Shown here in pieces: positions 7,330-18,344 of a DNA stretch of 32,000 bases (position 1 is its first letter; each line of letters opens with the position of its first letter). Position numbers and translations under genes: made by a program. Source of the DNA: Vibrio cholerae ATCC 14035 (GTDB lineage: Bacteria > Pseudomonadota > Gammaproteobacteria > Enterobacterales > Vibrionaceae); the NCBI RefSeq assembly GCF_000621645.1, contig NZ_KK211323.1, positions 30,001 through 62,000 of the forward strand, in the 5' to 3' direction. Under the pieces are notes generated by a model. That model saw nothing but the letters and a program-made list of their open reading frames with translations. It was not told the origin of the DNA and ran no database searches.

Positions 7330-8505
7330 TTAAAACCAGCTTTTGAACAGCAGAACCAAGTAATCCCATAGGCGGCTAAATAGGCTGCCTTCTTGCACAT
7401 CTTCCAGTGCGAGCAATGGGTATTGAGCAATATCGTTACCAGCTAATTGATAGTAAAGTGTGCCGACGACATCGCCTTTCTTCAGCGGTGCTTTCAATTG
7501 TTTTTCAAGTACAAAGCTGGCGGTGAGATCTTTGGCCTGTCCGCGTGGCAAAGTTACGTAAGTATCTTTATCAACACCGAGTGCAATCGTGTCTTTATCG
7601 CCCATCCAGATGGTTTCATTTACGAAAGTCTCACCCGCTTTGTGTGGTGCCACGGTTTCAAAGAAGCGGAAACCGTAGCTCAATAGCTTCTTACTTTCCG
7701 CTTTACGCGCGTTTTCGTTGTCAGTACCCATCACCACCGCAACCAAGCGCATGTTGCCTTCTGTAGCAGAGCTCACGAGGTTATAGCCAGCACCACTCGT
7801 ATGTCCGGTTTTAATGCCGTCCACATTCATGCTTTTATCCCAAAGCAAACCGTTACGGTTGTATTGAGTGATGCCGTTGTAGGTGAATTTTTGCTCGGAG
7901 TAGATCGCGTACTCTTCAGGCACATCACGGATCAGAGCTTGGCCAAGTAGAGCCAGATCGTATGGCGTAGAGTAAAGATTAGGATCGTCCAAACCGTGAG
8001 AGTTAGTGAAGTGCGAATTCTTCATCCCAAGTGAGCTTGCCCAAGCGTTCATCAGGTCAACAAACGCATCTTCCGTCCCTGCGACGTGCTCTGCCATCGC
8101 TACACACGCATCATTACCCGATTGGATGATGATGCCGCGGTTGAGATCGCTGACCTTAACCGTGGTACCGACTTCAACGAACATTTTCGAAGAATCAGGG
8201 AAGTTTTTCGCCCAAGCATTTTTGCTGATCACTACATCGTCATTCAGCGAGATATTGCCACGCTTTACTTCTTGACCGATCACGTAACTGGTCATCATCT
8301 TGGTTAGGCTGGCAGGAGAGAGTTTGGTATCCATCTCTTTTTCAGCCAACACTTTTCCTGAATGGTAATCCATCAGTACATAGCCTTTAGCGGCAATTTG
8401 TGGTGCGTCTGGTGTCACGATAGGAGAGGCGAAAGCAGTGCTGCTTAGCGTGATAGAAAGCGTAATAGAAGACGCTAACACAGATTTGAGGATTGATTTT
8501 TTCAT
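7330..8505 (-). CDS. dacA: D-alanyl-D-alanine carboxypeptidase (PBP5/6 class).
   Basis: Signal peptide, then SLTK (SxxK), SGN and KTG motifs. Confidence 0.93.
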   Translation of the reverse strand: MKKSILKSVLASSITLSITLSSTAFASPIVTPDAPQIAAKGYVLMDYHSGKVLAEKEMDTKLSPASLTKMMTSYVIGQEVKRGNISLNDDVVISKNAWAKNFPDSSKMFVEVGTTVKVSDLNRGIIIQSGNDACVAMAEHVAGTEDAFVDLMNAWASSLGMKNSHFTNSHGLDDPNLYSTPYDLALLGQALIRDVPEEYAIYSEQKFTYNGITQYNRNGLLWDKSMNVDGIKTGHTSGAGYNLVSSATEGNMRLVAVVMGTDNENARKAESKKLLSYGFRFFETVAPHKAGETFVNETIWMGDKDTIALGVDKDTYVTLPRGQAKDLTASFVLEKQLKAPLKKGDVVGTLYYQLAGNDIAQYPLLALEDVQEGSLFSRLWDYLVLLFKSWF

Positions 8506-8544
8506 GGTGAATGCTTAGTTCTACTTAAGTGTCCGTAATCTTAA

Positions 8545-8593
8545 CAAAAATAACGTCTCAAACCAGACCAGATAGACTCAGGTCAGGTTTGAG
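8545..8593 (-). terminator. Intrinsic terminator after rlpA.
   Basis: 13-bp stem with one A-A mismatch, CTCAAACCAGACC / GGTCAGGTTTGAG. The minus-strand transcript continues with ACGTTATTTTTGTT. Confidence 0.55.
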
Positions 8594-8596
8594 TGG

Positions 8597-9388
8597 TCAT
8601 TTAGCACGTTTATTAATCGTCTTGATAAATGCGCTGTCATAGCCTGCGGATTTTACTTGTTCAAGTAAAGTCTGCGTCAGGTCATCGTCAGTAAATGGCC
8701 CGAGGAATAAGCGATGCGTATTATTTGTACTCTCGACGAAGCTCGGTGCCGATAAGTTCTGACCGAGGTTTTGCGCTAAAGTTCGCACGCGTTCGATATG
8801 TTGTGATGAAACCACCTGAATCACATATTCGAGGGCGTTGTTTTTACTTTTCGGGCGCGGTTTAGTGGGTTTATCGACGGTAATCACTTCAATGCGCACA
8901 TTGGCGGTTCCTGCTTGGACCACCCCAATTTTATAGGCGGCTGCATAGCTAAGGTCGATGATTCTTCCATCATGGAAAGGCCCACGGTCATTGACTCTTA
9001 CCACGGTCGATTTGCCATTGTCCGTATTGGTCACTTTGACATAACTGGGAATCGGTAGCGTTTTATGCGCTGCCGTCATCGAGTACATGTCGTAAATCTC
9101 ACCGTTTGAGGTGAGGTGGCCATGGAATTTTTTGCCGTACCAAGAGGCTTTGCCACTTTCGGTAAACCCTTTAGGGTTTTTAATGATGCGATAGCTCTTA
9201 CCACGCAGATTGTAATCTTTATTACCCCCGAAGCTGTACGGTTCATATTGCGGATGTGCATCTTCAATATGTTCGACAGACAGTGGTGTATCGGGTGCTT
9301 GATCGTCAGACATATCATAGCGCCCCCCAGGAGAGCTACATCCAGCGAGGATTAAAACGAGCAGTAAGTATAAATAAATTCGGTTCAT
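8597..9388 (-). CDS. rlpA: Septal ring lytic transglycosylase RlpA (lipoprotein with DPBB and SPOR domains).
   Basis: Lipobox LILAGCSS. ASWYG...HG..T.NGE double-psi beta-barrel motif. C-terminal SPOR-like region. Confidence 0.92.
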   Translation of the reverse strand: MNRIYLYLLLVLILAGCSSPGGRYDMSDDQAPDTPLSVEHIEDAHPQYEPYSFGGNKDYNLRGKSYRIIKNPKGFTESGKASWYGKKFHGHLTSNGEIYDMYSMTAAHKTLPIPSYVKVTNTDNGKSTVVRVNDRGPFHDGRIIDLSYAAAYKIGVVQAGTANVRIEVITVDKPTKPRPKSKNNALEYVIQVVSSQHIERVRTLAQNLGQNLSAPSFVESTNNTHRLFLGPFTDDDLTQTLLEQVKSAGYDSAFIKTINKRAK

Positions 9389-10509
9389 TAAATCGTCTTC
9401 GAAAACGCTTTGCGGTGAGTATGGATGGACATCAAAATACCGAAACCGGCCATCAGTGTCACCATCGACGTTCCACCATAACTAATCAGTGGTAGTGGAA
9501 CACCCACCACGGGTAAAATTCCGCTCACCATGCCTATGTTCACAAACACATAAACAAAGAAGCTCAATACGATACTGCCAGCCATCATACGCCCAAAGGA
9601 CGTTTGTGCATGGCTAGCGAGATAAAGTCCACGACCAATAATAAATAAATAGAGGCTTAGTAGGACTAAGATGCCGATCATACCCCATTCTTCGGCAATG
9701 ACTGCAAAGATAAAGTCAGTATGTCGTTCAGGAAGAAATTCAAGTTGTGATTGTGTGCCGTGTAACCAGCCTTTTCCTGACAAGCCACCTGAACCAATCG
9801 CAATTTTACTTTGGATGATGTGATAGCCAGCGCCAAGAGGGTCAGATTCAGGATCGAACAAAGTGCGCACGCGGGTTTTTTGGTATTCGTGCATCAGGAA
9901 GAACCACAGCACAGGCACAAAAGCGCCGATGGCCACGGCCGCTGCAGTAATCAGCTTCCAGCTAATGCCCGCCAAGAAGATTACAAAAATGCCTGATGCT
10001 GCAATCAAAATTGAGGTGCCAAGGTCGGGCTGTTTCGCAATTAAAATGGTTGGAACGAACACCATTACCAACGAGGCGAATAAGGTTTTGAACGAAGGAG
10101 GCAGGGCGTGTTTGCCGATGTAACGTGCCACCATCAAAGGTACGGCGAGTTTGAGCAGTTCTGAAGGCTGAAAACGGACAAAACCGAGATCTAGCCAACG
10201 TTGCGCGCCTTTGGATATTTCCCCAAACAGCAGTACACACACCAACAATATGACGCCGCAAAAAAATAGGATAGGCGCAGCACTCTCATAGGTACGCGGT
10301 GGAATTTGCGCCAGAATCACCATGATGATGAGAGCCATGGCCATGCGCATGGCTTGGCGATCCATCATCGCTAGGCTCTGACCACTGGCGCTGTACATCA
10401 CCACTAAGCCAAATCCCATTAGGGCAAGAACGCCAAGCAGTAGAGGCAGGTCAATATGAAAACGCTCAAACAGCGCCCGGTTTTGTCCGGTTGCAGGATC
10501 CATCTTCAT
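9388..10509 (-). CDS. mrdB: SEDS peptidoglycan glycosyltransferase RodA.
   Basis: 373 aa, about 10 TM helices, RodA/FtsW motifs (QPSELLK, GLSGKGW). Stop overlaps the rlpA start (TAATG). Confidence 0.95.
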   Translation of the reverse strand: MKMDPATGQNRALFERFHIDLPLLLGVLALMGFGLVVMYSASGQSLAMMDRQAMRMAMALIIMVILAQIPPRTYESAAPILFFCGVILLVCVLLFGEISKGAQRWLDLGFVRFQPSELLKLAVPLMVARYIGKHALPPSFKTLFASLVMVFVPTILIAKQPDLGTSILIAASGIFVIFLAGISWKLITAAAVAIGAFVPVLWFFLMHEYQKTRVRTLFDPESDPLGAGYHIIQSKIAIGSGGLSGKGWLHGTQSQLEFLPERHTDFIFAVIAEEWGMIGILVLLSLYLFIIGRGLYLASHAQTSFGRMMAGSIVLSFFVYVFVNIGMVSGILPVVGVPLPLISYGGTSMVTLMAGFGILMSIHTHRKAFSKTI

Positions 10510-12422
10510 GGCTGTATTACCTCTTCTTTTGATTCTGCTTTTGGCTCTTCTTCTTTTTTGCCCAAAATCACGTGATCGAAAATTTGTCGTACGACTGGCG
10601 CACCATTACTGGAGCCGCCGCCGCCATTTTCCAATACGAAGGTGACGATAACTTTGGGATCTTTGACAGGGGCAAAACTTGTAAACAGAGCATGGTCATG
10701 TAAGTGCTCTGCTAACTCACTTGCGTTATACTTTTGGCCTTCCGCCAGACCAAATACTTGCGCTGTCCCTGATTTACCCGCACTTTCGTAAGGCATATTC
10801 TGGAAGGCGCGACGTGCGGTTCCTTTAGCACCATGGTTAACCAGATACATGCCATGGATAGCCATGTCCCAATACTTTTTCGGCACGCCATCAATCGGCG
10901 GGTAAGTGGTGTACTCGGTCTCTTTTTGGGTTGAGAACTGTTCACCGTTATCTATGGTGGCACGCAGCAGATGCGGGGCAATCACTTTACCGTGGTTAAC
11001 TAAAACCGATGTCGCTTTGGCAATTTGCATCGGTGTGGCAGTCCAATAGCCTTGTCCAATCCCAACCGGAATGGTGTCACCTTGATACCAAGGCACTTTG
11101 TGACGTGCCATTTTCCACTCGCGTGTTGGCATATTGGCTTTACTCTCTTCGTAAATATCAATCCCCGTCAGATCCCCAAAGCCAAAGCGCATCATCCAAC
11201 TGGAGAGTTTATCTATGCCCATGTCATAGGCGATTTGATAGAAGAAGGTATCTACCGATTCTTCGAGAGATTTAATGATGTCTACCCGGCCGTGGCCCCA
11301 ACGTAGCCAGTCGCGGAAAGGCCGAGTATCGGTATTGGGAATGCGCCAGTAACCCGGATCATTACGGGTAGTATTAGGTGTAATGATCCCATCTTGCAGT
11401 GCGGACACCGCAATAAACGGTTTGACGGTTGACCCCGGCGGATAAATGCCAAGCGTGGTGCGGTTTACTAATGGGCGACGTTTGTCATTGAGTAAATCGC
11501 TGTAGGCTTTACCTGAAATACCATGCACGAATGCATTGGGATCGTAACTTGGGCTCGATGCCATGGCGAGCACGCCATTATCTTTAGGATCAAGAGCGAC
11601 AATCGAGCCTCGGCGACCTTTGAGCAGCTTGTAGGCATAGAGCTGAAGTTCGATATCGAGATTGAGCACGATATCTTTTCCCGGAATGGGAGGGACGTAT
11701 TTTAGGGTGCGAATGACACGGCCACGGCTGTTGACTTCGACTTCCTGATAACCGGCGGTACCGTGCAGTAAGTCTTCGTAGTAGCGTTCAATCCCCAGTT
11801 TGCCGATATCTCGGGTAGCTTGGTAGTTGGCTTTTTTACCTTCTTTGTCCAAGCGTTCGAGATCTTTATCGTTAATCCGCGATACGTAACCAATCACGTG
11901 GGTCAGCACTTCGCCATAGGGGTAATAGCGTTTGAGGTTAGCGGTGACCGAAACGCCGGGGAATTTATGTTGATTAACGGAAAACTTCGCCACTTCATCG
12001 TCGGTAAGCTGAGTCAGCAGCGGTACAGAATTAAAGCGGCGAGTCTGTTTGCGTTCCTTTTCAAAGGCGGCAAGCTTTTCTGGGCTGATCTCAATGAGTT
12101 GTTGCAAGCGCGCAATGGTCTCTTCCATATTTGGCACTTTTTCTGGGATCACTTCTAAGTTGAATACCGGACGGTTTTCCGCCAGAAGCACACCGTTACG
12201 GTCAAAAATCAGCCCGCGGTTAGGCGCAATCGGAACGACTTTGATGCGGTTATCGTTGGATCGCGTTTTGTAGTCTTGATATTGGTTGATCTGAATATTG
12301 TACAAGTTGGTCACCAGCAGACCCATGCAGATCAAGATCCCGACAAAAGAGACGATGGCACGATTACGAAACAGATGCGTCTCGGCTTGATGGTCGCGGA
12401 TAGGGGTATGCTGGCGTAACAT
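10506..12422 (-). CDS. mrdA: Penicillin-binding protein 2 (elongasome transpeptidase).
   Basis: 638 aa, N-terminal TM anchor, STVKP (SxxK), SxD/N and KSGT motifs. ATGA overlap with rodA. Confidence 0.95.
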   Translation of the reverse strand: MLRQHTPIRDHQAETHLFRNRAIVSFVGILICMGLLVTNLYNIQINQYQDYKTRSNDNRIKVVPIAPNRGLIFDRNGVLLAENRPVFNLEVIPEKVPNMEETIARLQQLIEISPEKLAAFEKERKQTRRFNSVPLLTQLTDDEVAKFSVNQHKFPGVSVTANLKRYYPYGEVLTHVIGYVSRINDKDLERLDKEGKKANYQATRDIGKLGIERYYEDLLHGTAGYQEVEVNSRGRVIRTLKYVPPIPGKDIVLNLDIELQLYAYKLLKGRRGSIVALDPKDNGVLAMASSPSYDPNAFVHGISGKAYSDLLNDKRRPLVNRTTLGIYPPGSTVKPFIAVSALQDGIITPNTTRNDPGYWRIPNTDTRPFRDWLRWGHGRVDIIKSLEESVDTFFYQIAYDMGIDKLSSWMMRFGFGDLTGIDIYEESKANMPTREWKMARHKVPWYQGDTIPVGIGQGYWTATPMQIAKATSVLVNHGKVIAPHLLRATIDNGEQFSTQKETEYTTYPPIDGVPKKYWDMAIHGMYLVNHGAKGTARRAFQNMPYESAGKSGTAQVFGLAEGQKYNASELAEHLHDHALFTSFAPVKDPKVIVTFVLENGGGGSSNGAPVVRQIFDHVILGKKEEEPKAESKEEVIQP

Positions 12423-12428
12423 GTCACT

Positions 12429-12899
12429 CTATTCTCGGTGGTAAGGGTGGTTAGTAGTAATGCTCCACGCACGGTATAAACTTTCTGCCATCACCACGCG
12501 CACTAGTGGATGAGGCAAGGTCAGTGGAGAAAGAGACCAACTTTGGTCTGCCGCGGCTTTACAGGCGGGCGCAAGGCCTTCTGGTCCACCAATCAGGATC
12601 GACACGTCACGCCCATCCAGTTTCCAGCTTTCCAACTGTACTGCGAGCTCTTCCGTATCCCAACGTTTGCCGGGAATATCTAAGGTGACGATTCGATTGC
12701 CTTTGGGCACTGCGGCCAGCATCGCTTCGCCCTCTTTTTGTAAGATACGCGCAATATCAGCATTTTTACCGCGTTTACCGGCGGTAATTTCTACCAATTC
12801 CAAAGGCATATCATGAGGGAAGCGACGACGATACTCTTGGAAGCCTTCTTCGACCCATTTAGGCATCTTAGTACCGACGGCGATCAGTTGAATCTTCAC
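12429..12899 (-). CDS. rlmH: 23S rRNA (pseudouridine1915-N3)-methyltransferase.
   Basis: 156 aa, near-identical in pattern to E. coli RlmH (MK.QL.AVGTKMP.WV ... [11 protein letters not shown]). Confidence 0.95.
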   Translation of the reverse strand: MKIQLIAVGTKMPKWVEEGFQEYRRRFPHDMPLELVEITAGKRGKNADIARILQKEGEAMLAAVPKGNRIVTLDIPGKRWDTEELAVQLESWKLDGRDVSILIGGPEGLAPACKAAADQSWSLSPLTLPHPLVRVVMAESLYRAWSITTNHPYHRE

Positions 12900-12901
12900 A
12901 C

Positions 12902-13219
12902 TTAACCCCAGAGTTTTTCCAATTGATAGAGTTCGCGTGGCGCTTCTTGCATCACATGCAACATTACGCTACCCATATCCAGAACGACCCATTCACCTTC
13001 ATTTTCGCCGTTCATACCCAGTGGTTGCAGGCCAGAAAGTTTGGCTTCATTGGCCACGTGTTCAGCGATGGAGGCGACATGTCTTTTGGATGTGCCAGTA
13101 CAGACAATCATGTAATCAGTAACGCTGGATTTCTCTTTTACATCTAGAGTTACGATATCGACCGCCTTCATGTCGTCAGCTTTGTCGAAAAGAAAGTCTT
13201 TAAGTGCTTCACCTTGCAA
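12902..13219 (-). CDS. rsfS: Ribosomal silencing factor RsfS.
   Basis: 105 aa with MQGEALKDF...CTGTSKRHV...LYQLEKLWG. Apparent TTG start with a GAGGA RBS 8 nt upstream. Confidence 0.9.
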   Translation of the reverse strand: MQGEALKDFLFDKADDMKAVDIVTLDVKEKSSVTDYMIVCTGTSKRHVASIAEHVANEAKLSGLQPLGMNGENEGEWVVLDMGSVMLHVMQEAPRELYQLEKLWG

Positions 13220-13287
13220 GAGAATGTCCTCTGAAAATCATCAATAAAATACAGCTTTCGCTTAAAAGGGCGCAGTATATCACGCTT

Positions 13288-14316
13288 TTAGTGAGGCAAA
13301 GGTAGGTTTGCCTGAGGATTGCAGCATTCAAGGCTTAGTTGCTGCAAGATTGGCCATACTGGCTGTTCGTATTGCGTTTTTGCCAGTAATTCAGCCTGAG
13401 TTAATATTCCAACCAACCGAAGTAGGGCGCGACTCGGTAAGCGCTGTAAAGCGGCAGAGTAGAGTGGTCTTCGATTCTGCCAGACACGATAGCGATCAAA
13501 AAGACTCCCCAAATTACCCAGCTGTTGGCGCTCTTGTTGCCATTTAAGCAGTTGAGTGAGCTCTTTTTGCGCGGTGCGGATCAGAATAATCGGCTCACTC
13601 TCTTCGAGCATAAGCTGGCGCAAAATACGCTGAGCTCGGTTGGCTTTGCCTTCTAATAGCGCATCCATCCAGTGATAAGGCGTGAAATGGTTATGGCGGC
13701 TCAGCGACTCTTCCAAGCGCACTAAAGTCAGTAGACCATCGGGGTAGAGTAACGCTAATTTTTCGAGACTCTGGGCTAATGCAAAGAGATTACCTTCATG
13801 CCACTGCGCCAACATTTGTACCGCTTCGGCATCCGGTTTTAAACCGAGGGCAAAACAGCGCTGCTGAACAAACTGAGGTAAACGGCTCAATTCTGGCGTG
13901 AGGCAGTTAACCCAACAGGCTTGCTGCGCAAGCGTTTTGAGCCAAGCTGCGTTCTCTTGCGCCTTAGTCAGTTTGGGGCCAATCACCAGCAAGAGAATGT
14001 CTTGGTGAAGTTGGCCTACCAGTGCGCTAAGTTCCTTTGCCGTTTGAGCATTGACCCCAGATTCTGGGATCTCAATTTCGATAAGTTGGCGAGATGAAAA
14101 CAGACTCAGAGCTTGGCAACAGTCATACACCGCGTTCCAATCGAGCCCGGCATCCGCGCTAAATCGGTGTTTTTCCAAAAAACCTTGCGCTTGTGCCGTT
14201 TTTTCGATGGCGGTTTTGGCTTCTTGGAGCAGCAGTGGCTCATTACCGAATACGAGGTAAATCGGATAGAGCGTTTTGTGCAGTGATTCAGCCAGTTTTT
14301 CAGCGTAAATGCGCAT
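13288..14316 (-). CDS. holA: DNA polymerase III delta subunit.
   Basis: 342 aa. N-terminal MRIY.E.L...L...YLVFGNEPLLLQE resembles E. coli HolA. Conserved position after lptE. Confidence 0.9.
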   Translation of the reverse strand: MRIYAEKLAESLHKTLYPIYLVFGNEPLLLQEAKTAIEKTAQAQGFLEKHRFSADAGLDWNAVYDCCQALSLFSSRQLIEIEIPESGVNAQTAKELSALVGQLHQDILLLVIGPKLTKAQENAAWLKTLAQQACWVNCLTPELSRLPQFVQQRCFALGLKPDAEAVQMLAQWHEGNLFALAQSLEKLALLYPDGLLTLVRLEESLSRHNHFTPYHWMDALLEGKANRAQRILRQLMLEESEPIILIRTAQKELTQLLKWQQERQQLGNLGSLFDRYRVWQNRRPLYSAALQRLPSRALLRLVGILTQAELLAKTQYEQPVWPILQQLSLECCNPQANLPLPH

Positions 14317-14321
14317 CGAAA

Positions 14322-14936
14322 CTACTCACTGCTGCCTTCTGTTGACACTGGGTTGGCTACTTCTTGCGTATCAACGCGATAGTCAGTGAGCCCTTCGCCT
14401 TCAATACTTTCATCATCCAACGTTTTACGTGCAAAGTCTGCTTTTAAACGTGCCATCTGGCGCACAATTTGGCTGGCAGCTAGCTTGCGCATTTCATCTT
14501 CAATCATGTCGCGCTCAACGGATTTTGCTAGGGCTGTTAGAGGGTTATCTAAGTAGCTGCGCGTTACGCTAGTGGTAAAGGTGCGACTGCCCAGCTCAGG
14601 TACGGTGACGCGATAGCTTGCGACAAAGGTCAGCTCAATTTCGGCTGCACGCGTATTTTGATAAAGCGATAGGGTGCGTTCACCAGTACTTTCACTGAGT
14701 AGATGTAGATTAGGTAGATCTTCTGCTGGATCTTGCAGATCGATTTTATTCAAACGTAACTGACGGTGCACCATACGAGTAAAGGTGCTGTATTGGTCAT
14801 AGCTGGTCAGTGACATACGAGAGAGTTCTTGGGGAATATCGTAATCACCGCGCAAGTGGAAACCACAAGCCGTGAGTAAGCTTGTCATCAGAACCAAGAG
14901 TGACCATTTCAAAGTAGGGAAAAGAGTGTTACGCAT
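14322..14936 (-). CDS. lptE: LPS-assembly lipoprotein LptE.
   Basis: Signal peptide with lipobox LLTAC followed by GFHLRG (LptE hallmark). ATG at 14936 is preferred over the TTG-extended ORF-track start at 14963. Confidence 0.88.
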   Translation of the reverse strand: MRNTLFPTLKWSLLVLMTSLLTACGFHLRGDYDIPQELSRMSLTSYDQYSTFTRMVHRQLRLNKIDLQDPAEDLPNLHLLSESTGERTLSLYQNTRAAEIELTFVASYRVTVPELGSRTFTTSVTRSYLDNPLTALAKSVERDMIEDEMRKLAASQIVRQMARLKADFARKTLDDESIEGEGLTDYRVDTQEVANPVSTEGSSE

Positions 14937-14965
14937 GGATGCTTCAGTCTCGTTATTAGGCAAAA

Positions 14966-15043
14966 TACTTATCTCAGCTCACCAAGAGCGAAAACTTGCT
15001 GTGCGATAAGCTGAGATAAGTAAACAGGGCGAACCCTGTTTAC
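14966..15043 (-). other. Two adjacent strong stem-loops in the leuS-lptE spacer.
   Basis: Perfect 10-bp stem GTAAACAGGG / CCCTGTTTAC at 15020-15043 with a UUCG loop on the minus strand. Perfect 14-bp inverted repeat TACTTATCTCAGCT / AGCTGAGATAAGTA at 14966-14979 and 15009-15022, with a 29-nt spacer, followed on the minus strand by TTTTGCC. Confidence 0.6.
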
Positions 15044-15112
15044 TGACATTAAAATAAGCCATCAGTTCAGCGAGTGTTCTCATGGCTTAGTGACTCATCG
15101 ATAAAATGTGAG

Positions 15113-17689
15113 TTAATTGGCAACGATGTTCAGCAGTTTGCCCGGTACGTAAATCACTTTACGTACGGTGAGGCCATCAATGAACTTCTGTACGTTTTCA
15201 TCTTGCATACCGAGCGCTTCAACCTGTTGTTGAGTAGCATCGGCAGCGACAGTGAGTTTACCGCGCAGTTTGCCGTTGACTTGCAGCACGATCAGCTTTT
15301 CATCTTCGACCAGTGCGGCTTCATCGTACGTCGGCCAGCTTGCCGTATCGATATTGCTTTGACCCAGTGCCACCCACATTTCGAAACAGATATGCGGTGT
15401 GATTGGGTAAAGCATGAGCGTGATGGCTTTGAGTGCTTCATCCAGGATCGCGCGATCTTGTGCTTCGGTCATCGGCGCTTTCGTCAGCTTGTTCATCAGC
15501 TCCATGATTGCCGCAATCGCCGTGTTGAACGTTTGGCGACGTGCTACGTCATCCGTCACTTTAGCGATGGTTTTGTGCACATCGCGGCGCAGCGCTTTTT
15601 GGTCTGCATTCAGTGCTGAAGCATCTAAAGCGGGAGCTTGGCCGAGCTCAGTGTGCTCACGCACCAGTTTCCATACGCGGCGCAGGAAGCGGTTTGCACC
15701 TTCAACACCAGACTCTTGCCATTCCAGCGTCATGTCCGCTGGTGAAGCGAACATCATGAACAGACGTACTGTGTCAGCGCCGTATTTATCGACCATCTCT
15801 TGTGGGTCGATACCGTTGTTTTTCGACTTAGACATTTTGATCATGCCTGAGTGCTCAACTTGACGGCCTGTGGCATCCACCGCAGAAACTATGCGGCCTT
15901 TACCATCACGTTCTACTTTAACCTCAGTTGGCGACACCCACTCTTTACCACCTTTGTCATTGGTGTAGTAGAATGCATCTGCCAGTACCATGCCTTGACA
16001 CAGCAGCTTTTTGAACGGTTCATCACTCTTCACATAACCAGCATCACGCAGCAGTTTGTAGAAGAAGCGTGAATAGAGCAAGTGCATACACGCGTGTTCA
16101 ATACCACCGATGTACTGATCAACCGGCAGCCAGTAGTTGGCTTTCTCTGGATCTAAAATGTCATCCGCTTGTGGTGAGCAGTAACGCGCGTAGTACCATG
16201 AAGACTCCATAAAGGTGTCGAAGGTATCGGTTTCACGCAGTGCTGGCTCACCGTTAAAGGTGGTTTTTGCCCATTCTTTATCGGCTTTGATTGGGCTAGT
16301 CACGCCATCCATCACCACATCTTCTGGTAGGATAACGGGCAGCTGGTCTGCTGGTACTGGGTGTACTTGACCATCTTCAGTGGTCACCATTGGGATTGGA
16401 GCACCCCAGTAACGTTGACGAGACACGCCCCAGTCACGTAGACGGAAGTTAACGGTTTTCTTACCTTTGCCTTCTGCTTCCAATTTGGCAGCAATCGCAT
16501 TAAAGGCAGCTTGGAAATCCAAACCATCAAATTCGCCAGAAGCGAAAAGAACACCTTTTTCAGTGTAAGCCGCTTCAGACACATCCAGCTCGCTGCCATC
16601 GGCAGGCTTAATCACAGGGATGATGTCTAGGCCATATTTGGTCGCGAATTCAAAGTCACGTTGGTCGTGCGCAGGCACAGCCATTACCGCACCAGTACCG
16701 TAATCCATCAACACGAAGTTCGCGATATAGATAGGTACTTCACGGCCGTTGAGAGGATGGATCGCCGTCAGGCCTGTCGCCATGCCTTTCTTTTCCATGG
16801 TCGCGATTTCAGCTTCTGCAACCTTGGTGTTTTTACATTCATCGATGAAGGCGGCGAGGGCTGGGTTATTCGCTGCCGCTTTTGTCGCTAGAGGGTGGCC
16901 TGCAGCGATACCTACATAAGTAACCCCCATCAGAGTATCTGGACGCGTGGTGTACACTTCAAGATCGGTGTTTTCACCTTTAACTGCAAATTTCAGTTCT
17001 ACACCTTCAGAGCGGCCAATCCAGTTGCGCTGCATGGTTTTGACCATTTCAGGCCAACCGTCTAGGTTATCCAGATCGTCAAGCAGCTCTTGAGCGTAGG
17101 CGGTGATCTTAATAAACCACTGTGGGATCTCTTTTTGCTCAACCGGAGTGTCACAACGCCAGCAGCAACCATCTTCCACTTGTTCGTTAGCCAGAACCGT
17201 TTGGTCGTTTGGACACCAGTTGACTGATGAGGTTTTTTTGTACACTAAGCCTTTTGCAAACAGCTTAGTGAAAAACTCTTGTTCCCAGCGGTAGTACTCA
17301 GGGCGACAAGTTGCGAATTCACGATTCCAGTCATAACCAAAACCCAGTAGCTTGAGCTGGTTTTTCATGTATTCGATATTTTCGTATGTCCAAGGTGCTG
17401 GCGCAGTATTGTTTTTTACCGCTGCGTTTTCAGCAGGCAGACCAAAAGCATCCCAACCAATAGGTTGCAGTACGTTTTTGCCTTGCAGACGTTGGAAACG
17501 AGAGACTACATCACCGATGGTGTAGTTACGCACGTGACCCATGTGCAGTCGGCCACTTGGATAAGGGAACATGGAAAGACAGTAGAATTTTTCTTTATTT
17601 GGGTCTTCACTTACAACGAAGGTTTTGTTGTTGTCCCAGTGCTGTTGAACTTTGTGTTCAATATCTTGCGGGTTGTATTGCTCTTGCAT
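15113..17689 (-). CDS. leuS: Leucyl-tRNA synthetase.
   Basis: 858 aa. Start [11 protein letters not shown] at the ATG at 17689. HMGH (HIGH) and KMSKS motifs present. The ORF-track 894-aa version is an upstream in-frame extension. Confidence 0.97.
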   Translation of the reverse strand: MQEQYNPQDIEHKVQQHWDNNKTFVVSEDPNKEKFYCLSMFPYPSGRLHMGHVRNYTIGDVVSRFQRLQGKNVLQPIGWDAFGLPAENAAVKNNTAPAPWTYENIEYMKNQLKLLGFGYDWNREFATCRPEYYRWEQEFFTKLFAKGLVYKKTSSVNWCPNDQTVLANEQVEDGCCWRCDTPVEQKEIPQWFIKITAYAQELLDDLDNLDGWPEMVKTMQRNWIGRSEGVELKFAVKGENTDLEVYTTRPDTLMGVTYVGIAAGHPLATKAAANNPALAAFIDECKNTKVAEAEIATMEKKGMATGLTAIHPLNGREVPIYIANFVLMDYGTGAVMAVPAHDQRDFEFATKYGLDIIPVIKPADGSELDVSEAAYTEKGVLFASGEFDGLDFQAAFNAIAAKLEAEGKGKKTVNFRLRDWGVSRQRYWGAPIPMVTTEDGQVHPVPADQLPVILPEDVVMDGVTSPIKADKEWAKTTFNGEPALRETDTFDTFMESSWYYARYCSPQADDILDPEKANYWLPVDQYIGGIEHACMHLLYSRFFYKLLRDAGYVKSDEPFKKLLCQGMVLADAFYYTNDKGGKEWVSPTEVKVERDGKGRIVSAVDATGRQVEHSGMIKMSKSKNNGIDPQEMVDKYGADTVRLFMMFASPADMTLEWQESGVEGANRFLRRVWKLVREHTELGQAPALDASALNADQKALRRDVHKTIAKVTDDVARRQTFNTAIAAIMELMNKLTKAPMTEAQDRAILDEALKAITLMLYPITPHICFEMWVALGQSNIDTASWPTYDEAALVEDEKLIVLQVNGKLRGKLTVAADATQQQVEALGMQDENVQKFIDGLTVRKVIYVPGKLLNIVAN

Positions 17690-17818
17690 CGATGACATCC
17701 ATCTTGGAATTTGTGAGTTCAGTAGGAACGAAGTCTTTCGGTTCGGCATAGAATACAGAAAGCAGGGGGTTACAACAATAGCTAATCCGGCAGCCATCAG
17801 GCTTGAGAGAGGTGAGAG

Positions 17819-18289
17819 ATGCCAAAACAGAAAGCAAGTTATGAAGCCTTACTGGAAGAGGTGGTAGAAACGCTCAAACACAGCCCAGATGGCGTGAATG
17901 AGATCGTTGAATCCTCTACGAAATACGTCGATGCGGCGAATGATTTGACCAAGGATGAGCTTGCGCTGATCTCCGCTTATGTAAAAGCTGACCTTAAAGA
18001 GTTCTCGCAAAGTTTTGAGCAAAGCAAAAGCAGCCCATTCTATCTGATGATCACTAATTCCATCTGGCAGGGGCTACTGGATATTACCGACCGCACCAAA
18101 GTGGAATGGGTCGAACTGTTTGCTGATTTAGAACACCAAGGCTTGTATCAGGCGGGAGAAATGATTGGTTTGGGCGTGTTGATCTGTGATCAGTGCGGTC
18201 ATAAAACCGAATTTAATCACCCAACGGAAATTGAACCCTGTTCGCAATGTGGGGGTAAAGCGTTTAGCCGCCAACCACTGAAACCTTAG
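17819..18289 (+). CDS. ybeL: Zinc-ribbon protein YbeL (DUF1451 family).
   Basis: 156 aa. C-terminal CDQCG...CSQCGG zinc-ribbon pair. Central [16 protein letters not shown] resembles E. coli YbeL. Adjacent to leuS, as in E. coli. Confidence 0.75.
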   Translation: MPKQKASYEALLEEVVETLKHSPDGVNEIVESSTKYVDAANDLTKDELALISAYVKADLKEFSQSFEQSKSSPFYLMITNSIWQGLLDITDRTKVEWVELFADLEHQGLYQAGEMIGLGVLICDQCGHKTEFNHPTEIEPCSQCGGKAFSRQPLKP

Positions 18290-18307
18290 TTGGATAAAGC
18301 GTTGCAA

Positions 18308-18340
18308 TAAAAAACGGGAAGATAACTTCCCGTTTTACTT
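18308..18340. terminator. Bidirectional intrinsic terminator between ybeL and lnt.
   Basis: 11-bp stem AAAACGGGAAG / CTTCCCGTTTT with a 4-nt loop, flanked by A and T runs. Confidence 0.8.
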
Positions 18341-18344
18341 TTAC

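Noticed and set aside
13220-13287. Absence of nadD and cobC between holA and rsfS, and of ybeF between lipB and lipA, relative to E. coli K-12 order.
   Set aside because: The junction is a clean 68-bp spacer with no gene remnants. As far as I recall this is the normal Vibrio arrangement, so it is a lineage synteny difference and not a deletion scar.
15074-15863. Plus-strand ORFs of 181 aa and 149 aa antisense to leuS. The same applies to the other short ORFs within 15851-17867.
   Set aside because: They lie fully inside the strongly supported leuS CDS on the opposite strand. Their composition is low-complexity and Cys/Arg/His-rich, and they have no RBS. These are typical shadow ORFs.
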